63,084 nt of DNA from Candidatus Sungbacteria bacterium RIFCSPLOWO2_01_FULL_54_21. Lineage in GTDB: Bacteria > Patescibacteriota > Minisyncoccia > Sungbacterales > HO2-52-23. The stretch is from the NCBI GenBank assembly GCA_001820725.1, contig MHQR01000020.1, forward strand, positions 1-63,084, in the 5' to 3' direction. The notes under the pieces were generated by a model. That model was given only the letters and a program-made list of their open reading frames with translations. It was not told the DNA's origin and did not search any database. This document shows positions 38,750 to 47,299 of the stretch, piece after piece. Positions within the stretch are counted from its first letter, which is position 1. The number at the start of each line of letters is the position of its first letter. A program made the position numbers and the translations under genes.

Positions 38750-39799
38750 CTACAGCGACACCACCTCTTCCCAGGGAAAGCCATCCCGGCCAAAGTGGCC
38801 GTACGCGGCGGTCCTGGCATAGATGGGGCGGCGAAGATTCAGCCGCTCAATGATGGCCTTGGGCCTGAAGTCAAATTTCTCTTTGACGATCGCGGACAAA
38901 TCCCTGCCGTCGTCTGCTTCGGCATATACCATGAGGGGATCGGCGCGGCCGATGGCGTACGCCACCGTGACCGTACATTCCTTGGCCACGCCATTGGCCA
39001 CGATATTTTTTGCCGCAAAGCGCGACATATACGCCGCCGAGCGATCCACCTTTGTAGGATCTTTGCCGGAAAACGCGCCGCCGCCGTGAGGCACGAGACC
39101 GCCATACGTATCCACCACGATCTTTCTGCCGGTAAGGCCGGTGTCTGCCGCAAAGCCGCCGATCGTGAATTTGCCCGTCGGATTTACCAACACCTCCACG
39201 CCGTCGAGGTCGCCCACGACCGGACGGATAAGTTTGCGCACCAGCGTATCTTTGATCTGTTCCTGACTCACGCTATCCGCGTGCTGGCAGGAAATGAGTA
39301 CCGTCGTCACTTTGCCGTCCTGCATGGTAACTTGCGATTTGCCGTCCGGCCCGAGCCACGCGCATTCGGGGTCAGTGCGGCGCAATTGTTCCAAGCCCTG
39401 CGTCAACTTGTGGGACAATGCCACGGCACGCGGCATGAATTCCGGCGTCTCGGCGGTCGCATAGCCGTACATTATGCCCTGGTCGCCAGCGCCTCCCGTA
39501 TCCACACCCTGCGCAATATCGGGCGACTGTTGGACGATATTGGTCATGATCTGAAGATCATCGGTATAGCCAAGCGAACGATAAAACGCGCGGCCGATTT
39601 TGCCCGCATCAACGACGCCCTTGCTCGTAACCTCGCCGCCGATGACCAGAAGTCCGTGCGAGCCAAACGTTTCTACTGCCACGCGCGAGTGCGGGTCAAC
39701 AGCCAAAAACGCGTCCAGCACTGAGTCAGAAATAGCATCGCACACTTTGTCCGGGTGCCCGGACGTAACGCTCTCTACGGTATGGATAGTATGCTTCAT
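38750..39799 (-). CDS. metK: S-adenosylmethionine synthase
   Basis: ESVTSGHPDKVCD, GAGDQGIMYGYA, GGGAFSGKDPTKVDRS. Start at MKHTIHTVE. Confidence 0.95.
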   Translation of the reverse strand: MKHTIHTVESVTSGHPDKVCDAISDSVLDAFLAVDPHSRVAVETFGSHGLLVIGGEVTSKGVVDAGKIGRAFYRSLGYTDDLQIMTNIVQQSPDIAQGVDTGGAGDQGIMYGYATAETPEFMPRAVALSHKLTQGLEQLRRTDPECAWLGPDGKSQVTMQDGKVTTVLISCQHADSVSQEQIKDTLVRKLIRPVVGDLDGVEVLVNPTGKFTIGGFAADTGLTGRKIVVDTYGGLVPHGGGAFSGKDPTKVDRSAAYMSRFAAKNIVANGVAKECTVTVAYAIGRADPLMVYAEADDGRDLSAIVKEKFDFRPKAIIERLNLRRPIYARTAAYGHFGRDGFPWEEVVSL

Positions 39800-39811
39800 A
39801 ACATTTCTAAA

Positions 39812-39980
39812 AGTAAAAAATAAACCCCTTCGCACGGAGGGATGATAAATACTCTTTATCTTCCCCAAGACGTGGGTCGGATGGGGCACCATCCCTAGAT
39901 ATATCAATAGGTCGAAATATCCAGTTGGTTGCCGGCAGGATCACGGGGCCGATTCCCTCCCCTGCGCTCGTGATAATATT
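39812..39980 (-). promoter_or_regulatory. SAM-I (S-box) riboswitch with expression platform, in the metK leader
   Basis: The - strand reads UUAUCACGAGCGCAGGGGAGGGAAUCGGCCCCGUGAUCCUGCCGGCAACC...GGUGCCCCAUCC...GAAGAUAAAG, matching SAM-I core conservation. It is followed by CCCUCC...GGGGUUUAUUUUUU. A possible promoter (TTGTCC, 18 nt, TAGTAT) lies at 40001-40030. Confidence 0.85.
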
Positions 39981-40105
39981 ATTCAATTGTACGTTTTTCT
40001 ATACTAGCATGTGCAACGCCGCGCGGACAAGCATGGTTTCGTCCCACCCTAAGAAAAGAAAATGGAGCGCTGGAACACGCTCCTGATATGAGCAGATGAG
40101 ACGCA

Positions 40106-40294
40106 TTATGAAGAAATGCCAGGCATCTTATACCCGAAACGCTTGCCTTGCTCATACGCACGGAGTATTGCTCGAAGACCTTCTTCGTCACACTCCCTAT
40201 GAAAAGGTATACCGGCTACCACAACCGGATCACCCTTGATCCGTTGGTAACACCGGCCGCATGTCTTTTCTTCTGTATCGTCTGGCGTCGGCAT
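40106..40294 (-). CDS. hypothetical 62-aa Cys/His protein
   Basis: AAGGAGAGCAGA before the ATG. CGRC...HREC arrangement suggests a small zinc-binding fold. Confidence 0.4.
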   Translation of the reverse strand: MPTPDDTEEKTCGRCYQRIKGDPVVVAGIPFHRECDEEGLRAILRAYEQGKRFGYKMPGISS

Positions 40295-40369
40295 TCTGCT
40301 CTCCTTTGCGCTAAAGGAACTCCCTAGAATTCCCTGTGAGTATACGTGGCGATAAACCAGCCGTCAATA

Positions 40370-40972
40370 CTACAGTTCCTTCTTTTGAAACACGAAAAAC
40401 TTGTAGCCCAGGAAGTTAACGGCCAGTGAAATGGCCGTGGCAAGGAGTTTGCCGATGTTGAGGGCTATGTTGGGCGCCATGCCCGATGAGGGCGCGACAT
40501 ACGTCGTGAAGAAGATAACAATCGCGCTGTTGGTCAGAAGCCCCGCCAGCGTCACGGCAAAAAACCTGGGAAATGCGGCAAAAAGATTCTGTGAGCCCGT
40601 TTTGAATACCCATAGCTTGTTCCAAAGATAACTGTTGATCACGGCGACCAGAAAACCAGGCACGTTCACGCCGCCGAGCAAAAACCCTGCCGCAATACCC
40701 GTAGATCGGCTTAAAAGATTCAAAATCCCGAAATCTATCACCGTGTTCAATACGCCCACGGCAAAGAAACGTCCGAATTGGGCGAGCACGGGCATCTTCC
40801 GCGCGAAAAAATATACGGTCCAGATGCCGACCAGGCCCCCGACAGCTCCGGCCCACGGAACCGCAAGCAGAATCATCGCGCTTTTTATGCCGAGGTTATA
40901 GAATGTGGGAATCGCGAAAATTCCCGCGAAAAACCCTATCAACGACCCGATTGCATAGTCCGTCTTTGGCAT
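40370..40972 (-). CDS. GtrA family membrane protein
   Basis: FFAVGVLNTVIDFGILNLL and FLGYKFFVF are typical GtrA blocks. Extra N-terminal TMs. Confidence 0.8.
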   Translation of the reverse strand: MPKTDYAIGSLIGFFAGIFAIPTFYNLGIKSAMILLAVPWAGAVGGLVGIWTVYFFARKMPVLAQFGRFFAVGVLNTVIDFGILNLLSRSTGIAAGFLLGGVNVPGFLVAVINSYLWNKLWVFKTGSQNLFAAFPRFFAVTLAGLLTNSAIVIFFTTYVAPSSGMAPNIALNIGKLLATAISLAVNFLGYKFFVFQKKEL

Positions 40973-41043
40973 ACAAATGTATGGTTAACGTATAACGACT
41001 AACGTAAAATGACAAACGATCACCGTCCGCTTATCGCTTTATG

Positions 41044-43518
41044 TTATACGTTCGTCGTTGTTCCAACCTTTTCCGTATGCCGCGCCGCGATTTCCGCTTC
41101 GATCTCGGCGCGGGGACGTCCGTATTTGACGCGCGATATTTCTTTCACCACCGCCGCCATCTCCGCGTCCCCCCGTTCCGGCACATACGTCTTCATACTA
41201 AAAGGAGAGACGGTCGCGCCGTTGATGAGGAGTTTCAGATATGCGTTGTAATTATCCACGTTGAGCATGTCCTGCGCGCCGAACACAGGCGCATACTGCT
41301 TGGCCATGAATTCCGCGTCCTCCGAGCCGATGCGGAATGCGGCTTGTGAGCCCACATTGCCGAACACGGCCTTTTTTATCTCGTCTTTCAGCTGTCCGAT
41401 GAACTGGTGCGCAATCACCATGTCTAGACGGTATTTCCTTGCCTCGGACAGAATGGTCGCAATGGAATCGGTTGTAACGTTCTGAAACTCGTCAATGTAC
41501 AGATAAAAATCCTTGCGCTTTTCCTCTGCCATATCCGTGCGCGAGAGCGCGGCCAGCGACAGCTTGCCCACCAGAATAAGGCCGATAAGCGACGAGTTCA
41601 ATTCTCCCAGGCGGCCCTTGGAAAGGTTGACGAACAGCAGTTTGCCGCTGTCCATGACCTCGCGGAAGTTGAACGCGGACTTTTCCTGCAAAATAATCGG
41701 ACGCATGACATCATGCGAGATGAAGCCGTCAAATTTGGATGCGATATACGGCACCATGTCTTTGAGAGACGCTTCGCCCCCCGCTTTTTCCGCGATCTGG
41801 GTCCAAAAATTATTGACCACAATATTTTTTGACCGCGAAAGTTTGAGATCGCGGAACGGCTTTTCCGCGAGCACACGTTCAACCTCATAGAGCGTGTTGC
41901 CAGACGCCGGATCTTCCATGACGAGCAACGCCGCATTGCGGAAATATTGCTCAAAGATAGGTCCTCCCGCGACCGACATGTTGAAAAGTTTGTTGAAAAT
42001 GCCGATCAGGTCGTCTACCACGAGCGACTTCTGTTCCGGAAATCGGGGGTCGTATTCGAGCATGTTCAACCCCATCGGTCGGTCAATGTCGCCCGGATTG
42101 AAATACACCACGTCCTGCACGCGATGGCGCGGCACCAGCCCCAGCAAGCGCTCTACGGTGTCGCCGTGGGGATCTATAAAGCACATGCCCTTGCCGTCCT
42201 TGATGTCCTGCACCGCAAGATTTTGGATAAAGGTCGTTTTGCCGGTGCCCGTTTGCCCGATCACATAGAGATGCCGTCGTCGGTCTTCGTCGTGCATGCG
42301 TATTTCGCGCGTCTCCCCGCGAAATACGTTGTAGCCCAACAGGATGCCTTCTGCCGGAAGGTTGGGCGGGGGCGGCGCTTCCCGCGCTTTCACGCTTTTT
42401 ACATTGGGGGTGGTCATCGGCACGCTCGGGAAATGAAACACCGACGTAAGTTCTTCGCTCCCCAGCACCATCATCGCGCGCTCGTCAAACATGCGGAACG
42501 AGAAATCAAGCGTGAGCGCCTTGAGGGACGCGCCGGTCGCCTGACGCACATAAAAGCTGTTGCTGTTGGGGTCGGTGAATTGCGCAAATGCCAATTGCAG
42601 GCCCTGCAAAATCGCTCCCGCGCGCTCGCGCGTGCCTGCGGATGCGACAAGGCGGATGTTGGTTTCAAAAAGCGATTTGGACGCCTTGTTTTCCAGCGCC
42701 CGCACCATCTCTTCTTCTGATGGCGTGAGCCGAACCATGGGCACGGGACTCCCTGATGGCGATTGTCCGACGGCAGGACCCGTAGGAGAAGCGATCAACT
42801 GCGTAATTGCGTCAACCGTTTTTTCTAATCTATCTTTGGGCCGCTTTCCCTCAAACCGCGTCTTTGCGTGCTCCTTGATCCTCATCTGCCACTTGATACG
42901 CGCGGGGCGCGCAATAATCTGCAATGCCGCGCCCTCGCCTGTACCCGCCAGCTTGGTGAACACGTTGGTCAGCTCACGCATGGGATCGGTCTCGAGCTTC
43001 TGATATGTGCGAATAGGATAAAAACGGCTACGGGAAAGGGTAAGGGATGCGGCCGCCGTACTGCCTGTGGGATTGAAAATATTGTAATCCTTGGCGCGCT
43101 CCACCGATGCGTCCGAAAAGATGCCCTGCACGGCTTTTTCAACCGCGGCAGACAGGCGGCGCGGCACTGCAATATAGAAGATGAGTTCCTCGCCAATATG
43201 GGGAACAGTCAGCTCCAGCGCGAACATGGCGGGACCGTAGAAAAAACTGCGAAAGCCGGCATCGCGGATATCGTGGAGGTTGGCGTACAACTGCTCCATG
43301 TGAGAGATGCGCTCGCGCATAACCGCCTGCGTCATCTCCGCATTGCCTTCCTGGAGCACCGGCGGCAGACGGACGGCCAGAAGTGCTAGATTGAGCGAGC
43401 GGGAAATCAGACCCTTGCGCCGCAGGACCAGCCGCATGAAAAAAATGCCGCCCACAGCCGCGACAAGGACGATGAATCCGAAATAGAGATATACGATAGT
43501 ATAGTCCCCCATTACCAT
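41044..43518 (-). CDS. membrane-anchored TraD/VirD4-like (type IV coupling protein-like, FtsK/HerA superfamily) ATPase
   Basis: N-terminal TM. Walker A GQTGTGKTT, DPHGD, Walker B FYLYIDEFQN, VIAHQ. Confidence 0.8.
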   Translation of the reverse strand: MVMGDYTIVYLYFGFIVLVAAVGGIFFMRLVLRRKGLISRSLNLALLAVRLPPVLQEGNAEMTQAVMRERISHMEQLYANLHDIRDAGFRSFFYGPAMFALELTVPHIGEELIFYIAVPRRLSAAVEKAVQGIFSDASVERAKDYNIFNPTGSTAAASLTLSRSRFYPIRTYQKLETDPMRELTNVFTKLAGTGEGAALQIIARPARIKWQMRIKEHAKTRFEGKRPKDRLEKTVDAITQLIASPTGPAVGQSPSGSPVPMVRLTPSEEEMVRALENKASKSLFETNIRLVASAGTRERAGAILQGLQLAFAQFTDPNSNSFYVRQATGASLKALTLDFSFRMFDERAMMVLGSEELTSVFHFPSVPMTTPNVKSVKAREAPPPPNLPAEGILLGYNVFRGETREIRMHDEDRRRHLYVIGQTGTGKTTFIQNLAVQDIKDGKGMCFIDPHGDTVERLLGLVPRHRVQDVVYFNPGDIDRPMGLNMLEYDPRFPEQKSLVVDDLIGIFNKLFNMSVAGGPIFEQYFRNAALLVMEDPASGNTLYEVERVLAEKPFRDLKLSRSKNIVVNNFWTQIAEKAGGEASLKDMVPYIASKFDGFISHDVMRPIILQEKSAFNFREVMDSGKLLFVNLSKGRLGELNSSLIGLILVGKLSLAALSRTDMAEEKRKDFYLYIDEFQNVTTDSIATILSEARKYRLDMVIAHQFIGQLKDEIKKAVFGNVGSQAAFRIGSEDAEFMAKQYAPVFGAQDMLNVDNYNAYLKLLINGATVSPFSMKTYVPERGDAEMAAVVKEISRVKYGRPRAEIEAEIAARHTEKVGTTTNV

Positions 43519-43949
43519 GCGTCTATTTTGCGTAGCGCTACCAGCTTGTCGTAGTACTCGTCCACCAGACGGTCGTGCAGGGCATCAAGCAGATACGGAC
43601 TTTCGCGGTACGCCTTGTCCACGGCATCGGCAATACTGCCGGACAGCGCCCGCGCGACCAAAGCGTGAAGTTCCTCCTCATGCTTTGCCGCTTCCTGCGA
43701 CATGCCGCTTTTTTTCGCAATATCGGCAGTCCCGTGGTTCGTAAAACTGCGGTCTGCAATATCGGCACCGGAATGTTCAATATGCTCGCGCACCACCTCG
43801 CGGAACACTTCCTTTTCCGGCTGTGCGGCACCGCCCTGCTCCGCCAAGGCGCGCTTTTTTTCCTCGAGCCGTTGTTCCAGCACCCGAATCTCCTGCTCCG
43901 CCGCCATACCGCCAGCGCCAAGCCCTTCCTGTTGCCGTTCTTCTGCCAT
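43512..43949 (-). CDS. hypothetical helical protein coupled to the T4CP-like ATPase
   Basis: 145 aa. 7-nt overlap with the downstream ATPase start. Confidence 0.6.
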   Translation of the reverse strand: MAEERQQEGLGAGGMAAEQEIRVLEQRLEEKKRALAEQGGAAQPEKEVFREVVREHIEHSGADIADRSFTNHGTADIAKKSGMSQEAAKHEEELHALVARALSGSIADAVDKAYRESPYLLDALHDRLVDEYYDKLVALRKIDAW

Positions 43950-44016
43950 ATGCGCCTATTATAGTAAAGAAGCGGCAAAGCCACAATCTCGCACGCACGC
44001 CTAAATCCATTATATG

Positions 44017-45060
44017 CTATGCCGAAAGCGCTTTGGCGACCTGAAGTGCCGCCCGCGCAAGCTCTGCCGTCTTTATCAGATGCGGGCGATCCAGATCGCT
44101 GTGGTAGAAAGCCATCATCTTTTGCATATCGCCGATGACCAAACGCGTGCGCCCGATGATGCGTCCGAGGCCGCGTACGGGAAAGCCCAGCCGCACCGCG
44201 GTTTCATCTTTCACAAAGTATGTTTCGCTGAATCCGATGCAGTCGAGCACCAGTATCTTTTCCGCCCGCGCGAGCAGGGCGCGGTGCCGTTCCTCAAAGA
44301 CGCGATATCCGTGACCCCAATAAATCGGCTGATCGTAGGACAGCTCTTCATTGCCGCCGAAGACAAAAAGCGTATAGCGGCGCAGTTGCGGATATGCGGC
44401 GGCAAGATACAGCGTGAGCGCGGTGCCGCTCGCATTGTCCACCGCGCCGCCAAAGAGCGAATCATAATGGGAAAATACGAGGTAGCGGGGATTGACGCGG
44501 TTGCCGACCAGGATATTGGCCGAGCGGTGCGCGGTTTTGCGCACGTTGACAGCGCCGCGCACGGTTTTCGCGTGCATGATCCACGGCACTATATCCCGCG
44601 CCACCGCAAGCGACGGAGCGAAATAGTGATTACTGCGGGAGATGACGGCACACAACGGATTGAAATTGATATTTTCCGTCGTGAGAAAGTTTTGCGAACT
44701 CGTGAGCGAACTGATGAGATGGTTTTGATTCCTGATGATGCCGCCTTGAAATGATGTTGCCATGCACGGCACCCGCCGCCCGTCGAGGACGAGATCCGCT
44801 CTTGTCACGCGCGGCAGATGCGTCACAAATTCCTCGACGGCGTAGGGAACGCCCTCGCGCTGAAGTGATGCCTCGATTATACGCCGCGTTTTTCTTTCTC
44901 CAGCGAACTGCCGCTCGCCGAGATCGTATAACGCCGTAATAAAATTCTTGGTGTCTTGTATGTTCATAATGCAGATGACCAATAATACTAGGGGGATCAA
45001 AGAAAGGGAGGCGGCAGATGTCGGATATGCCGCCGCCTCCTGATGATACGATATGAGCAT
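44017..45060 (-). CDS. M28 family metallopeptidase, probably membrane-anchored
   Basis: VFSHYDSLFGGAVDNASG. The N-terminal hydrophobic LSLIPLVLLVICI supports the long start at 45060; an alternative start is at 44967. Confidence 0.8.
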   Translation of the reverse strand: MLISYHQEAAAYPTSAASLSLIPLVLLVICIMNIQDTKNFITALYDLGERQFAGERKTRRIIEASLQREGVPYAVEEFVTHLPRVTRADLVLDGRRVPCMATSFQGGIIRNQNHLISSLTSSQNFLTTENINFNPLCAVISRSNHYFAPSLAVARDIVPWIMHAKTVRGAVNVRKTAHRSANILVGNRVNPRYLVFSHYDSLFGGAVDNASGTALTLYLAAAYPQLRRYTLFVFGGNEELSYDQPIYWGHGYRVFEERHRALLARAEKILVLDCIGFSETYFVKDETAVRLGFPVRGLGRIIGRTRLVIGDMQKMMAFYHSDLDRPHLIKTAELARAALQVAKALSA

Positions 45061-45840
45061 CTACTGAAGGAGGTGCTTGAGAATGCTCCGATCCGTGCGC
45101 CATTGGTCGGCACGGTGATGAGCCACATAATAGCCGAGTTCACGCCACCATGGAAGCGGTACGAGCATGGGCGCTACGCCAAAGGTCGCCGCCACCGCGT
45201 CAAACGCGGGCTCGAAGACCTCGCGCGTAAAGCGCATCAGCCCCTCGCCCGTTTCGCCGCCGTGGAAATCCTCGAACAGCACGCCGTGCGCCACCGCCAG
45301 CGACAAGAGCAGAGGATAATAGCCCTTGGCCCAGCCGCGCGCGAGATACATGTCCGATGGATCGGTGGTCCACGCTCCCGGATATACCGCCTGCAAGAGA
45401 CGCCGGTGCCATGCAACCATGGCCTCGCCACTGCCGAGAAGTATTCGGTCCAGCGGCGTCCGCTCCTTTTCGCAGATCTGTGAATCCGCGAGCACTATCT
45501 TGCGGATTTCAGGAAACCCGCGGGGGCTAAATCCCCCCACGACCTTGGGCGCCACATAAGACGCCTTGACCGGTGAGTGCGTCACGAACCGATCGCGTAA
45601 ATATGTGGACCACACCGGACATAGCCCTGCTCGCTCGGCCAGCAGGATAAACGCGCAGTCCTCATAGCGCGCCGTCGCAACGTGCCTGCTCACAAACCCA
45701 ATGCGGGCTCGGCGGGCAAAGGCCGAAGGAAATACGAATCCCTGTGCCGCCCACCACTGCTCCACGCTCTCACGCAAGACAGCGCGCCCTTCCAACATCC
45801 CGCGCGCGTGCGCCATCGGTATGTAGAATCGCTGTGCCAC
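45061..45840 (-). CDS. hypothetical protein (about 260 aa)
   Basis: GTG at 45840 preceded by GGAGGAGGCATC. No family recognised. Its stop abuts the M28 start. Confidence 0.5.
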   Translation of the reverse strand: MAQRFYIPMAHARGMLEGRAVLRESVEQWWAAQGFVFPSAFARRARIGFVSRHVATARYEDCAFILLAERAGLCPVWSTYLRDRFVTHSPVKASYVAPKVVGGFSPRGFPEIRKIVLADSQICEKERTPLDRILLGSGEAMVAWHRRLLQAVYPGAWTTDPSDMYLARGWAKGYYPLLLSLAVAHGVLFEDFHGGETGEGLMRFTREVFEPAFDAVAATFGVAPMLVPLPWWRELGYYVAHHRADQWRTDRSILKHLLQ

Positions 45841-46092
45841 GATGCCTCCTCCTCTGCCGTATGAGTGAAAGATCGATGTTGCCGCGCGGTGCGCGCGGCA
45901 ACGAAAAAGCCCTTTCTGAGGAAAGGGCTTTTTGAGGTACCTACTCTGGGGGATAACTAGGAGACGCCGCAAAAAACACCTTCCTCGGAAAAGGTCTTTT
46001 TCGTGCACTTCGTCGCCCGTATGATGTTGGAGAAAAAAGATTGCGGCATATGGTCAATCCACTATAGCACAGGCAGATACCGTGTCAACCGC

Positions 46093-46626
46093 CTACTCAT
46101 CCCGCATGGCGAGGCGGCGGATGAGGATGAGGAGTACGGCGGGGGCGACCAGCCACCACAGGTGCACCGCAGGATCCACAAAGACACGCCGTGTCAGAGG
46201 CGACAGAAATGCGGTCTGCGCAGACGGCAGAAGAGACAGAATAATATGCGTCAGCAGGCCTACCTGCGCCACACTCAAGAAAAATACCTGCCACCACGGC
46301 GCGCCCGGCGCAAAAGGCCGGCTTCGCCGCGCGCCGAGCAACCACACCATTAGAATAAAAAGAATGAGGAAGATACCGATGGTTCCGAGAAACTGATCGC
46401 GAATGCCCATCATCGCCGTAAGCCGAGCCGCAGGAATCGCGGGAAAAATGGCGAGCGCGATATAGGTCACCATGATCGTAGATACGATCTTGCGCCGTCC
46501 GGCCAGAAACGACCAAAACAAACTGCCGCCAACGAGCAAAACTGTGAGCATCACATCCCATGTGGGATTTGAAAAAAGCGCGGAGGCACCCTGCAATGAT
46601 TTCAGTGAAAAAGAAGGAATCTGCAT
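46093..46626 (-). CDS. hypothetical polytopic membrane protein
   Basis: Start at MQIPSFSL with GGGGGAC SD and an upstream TATAAT. Five or six hydrophobic spans. Confidence 0.6.
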   Translation of the reverse strand: MQIPSFSLKSLQGASALFSNPTWDVMLTVLLVGGSLFWSFLAGRRKIVSTIMVTYIALAIFPAIPAARLTAMMGIRDQFLGTIGIFLILFILMVWLLGARRSRPFAPGAPWWQVFFLSVAQVGLLTHIILSLLPSAQTAFLSPLTRRVFVDPAVHLWWLVAPAVLLILIRRLAMRDE

Positions 46627-46802
46627 GTCCCCCATTATACTCGCATGCTTCCCAGCCACAATCCCCAGTGATTTTCTCTCCCCGCCTCCCTCTCCGCTCA
46701 CGCGTTACGGCACGGACAAACACTACTCGCTCGTTCGGAGGGTCCCGCAGTGTTCTCCGCCTGCGGTAATGCCGTATTCCGTTTGCCCTCCATGCGCTTC
46801 TT

Positions 46803-46988
46803 TCATTGAAATACCTCCTTATGATTGCCACTTGTTTTAACCTCAATAGTAATAATTCTCCTTCCTCTTTGTGCAGTTAAGTCACTGCCCTTACCAGATA
46901 GCTCTACGCTGTATCCTTCTTTGCGCAACAGTTCTTCAACAAATTTTTCTCCAATGGAACCCCTAAAAATATTGCTGATAGTTTTCAT
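46803..46988 (-). CDS. mini PD-(D/E)XK nuclease-like protein (61 aa, possibly truncated)
   Basis: GSIGEKFVEELLRKEGYSV...GSDLTA...IITIEVKTS gives the G-E, D and E-x-K core in the order seen in Hjc/YraN-type nucleases. AT-rich segment. Confidence 0.45.
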   Translation of the reverse strand: MKTISNIFRGSIGEKFVEELLRKEGYSVELSGKGSDLTAQRGRRIITIEVKTSGNHKEVFQ

Positions 46989-47073
46989 ACTACCTTTTTC
47001 TATAATACTATGCCTTTAAACTTCTTTCTAAGTATAGCACAGGTGTCCCCGCGTAAGATGAAGCTTGCTGTCC

Positions 47074-47100
47074 GCTGTTTGAAGTCGGACTTCAAACAGC
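47074..47100. repeat. 13-bp-arm palindrome GCTGTTTGAAGTC-G-GACTTCAAACAGC
   Basis: Read directly. Same core as 59698..59718. Confidence 0.9.
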
Positions 47101-47122
47101 TTTACAATAGAGCGTCGCGGTC

Positions 47123-47258
47123 GCGGCGTTTTGCTTTTCGCGGTACTTGCCGGAAAAGTTTGCTTGGTCTGCGTCCATCCGGACGCAGAAACTTTTTCGG
47201 CAGGTAGCGAGGCCGCCGCAGGAGCGGCCGAAGCGTGCCGCGAAAAGCAAAACGCCGC
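47123..47258. repeat. 136-nt nested inverted repeat / long rod-like hairpin downstream of groEL
   Basis: Outer 24-nt arms GCGGCGTTTTGCTTTTCGCGGTAC / GTGCCGCGAAAAGCAAAACGCCGC (1 mismatch). Inner arms TGCCGGAAAAGTTT / AAACTTTTTCGGCA. Apical TCTGCGTCC-ATCC-GGACGCAGA. Confidence 0.85.
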
Positions 47259-47299
47259 GTAAACCGCGGCGCCTGCCTTATATAGCGTAGCTAGAGAGA

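Noticed and set aside
38795-39724. 309-aa ORF on the + strand
   Set aside because: It is antisense to metK, whose product is unmistakable. The composition is Arg/Ala/His-biased.
47010-47207. 65-aa + strand ORF
   Set aside because: It lies within the palindrome and long inverted-repeat region downstream of groEL. The Arg/Ser-rich product is a by-product of the repeats.
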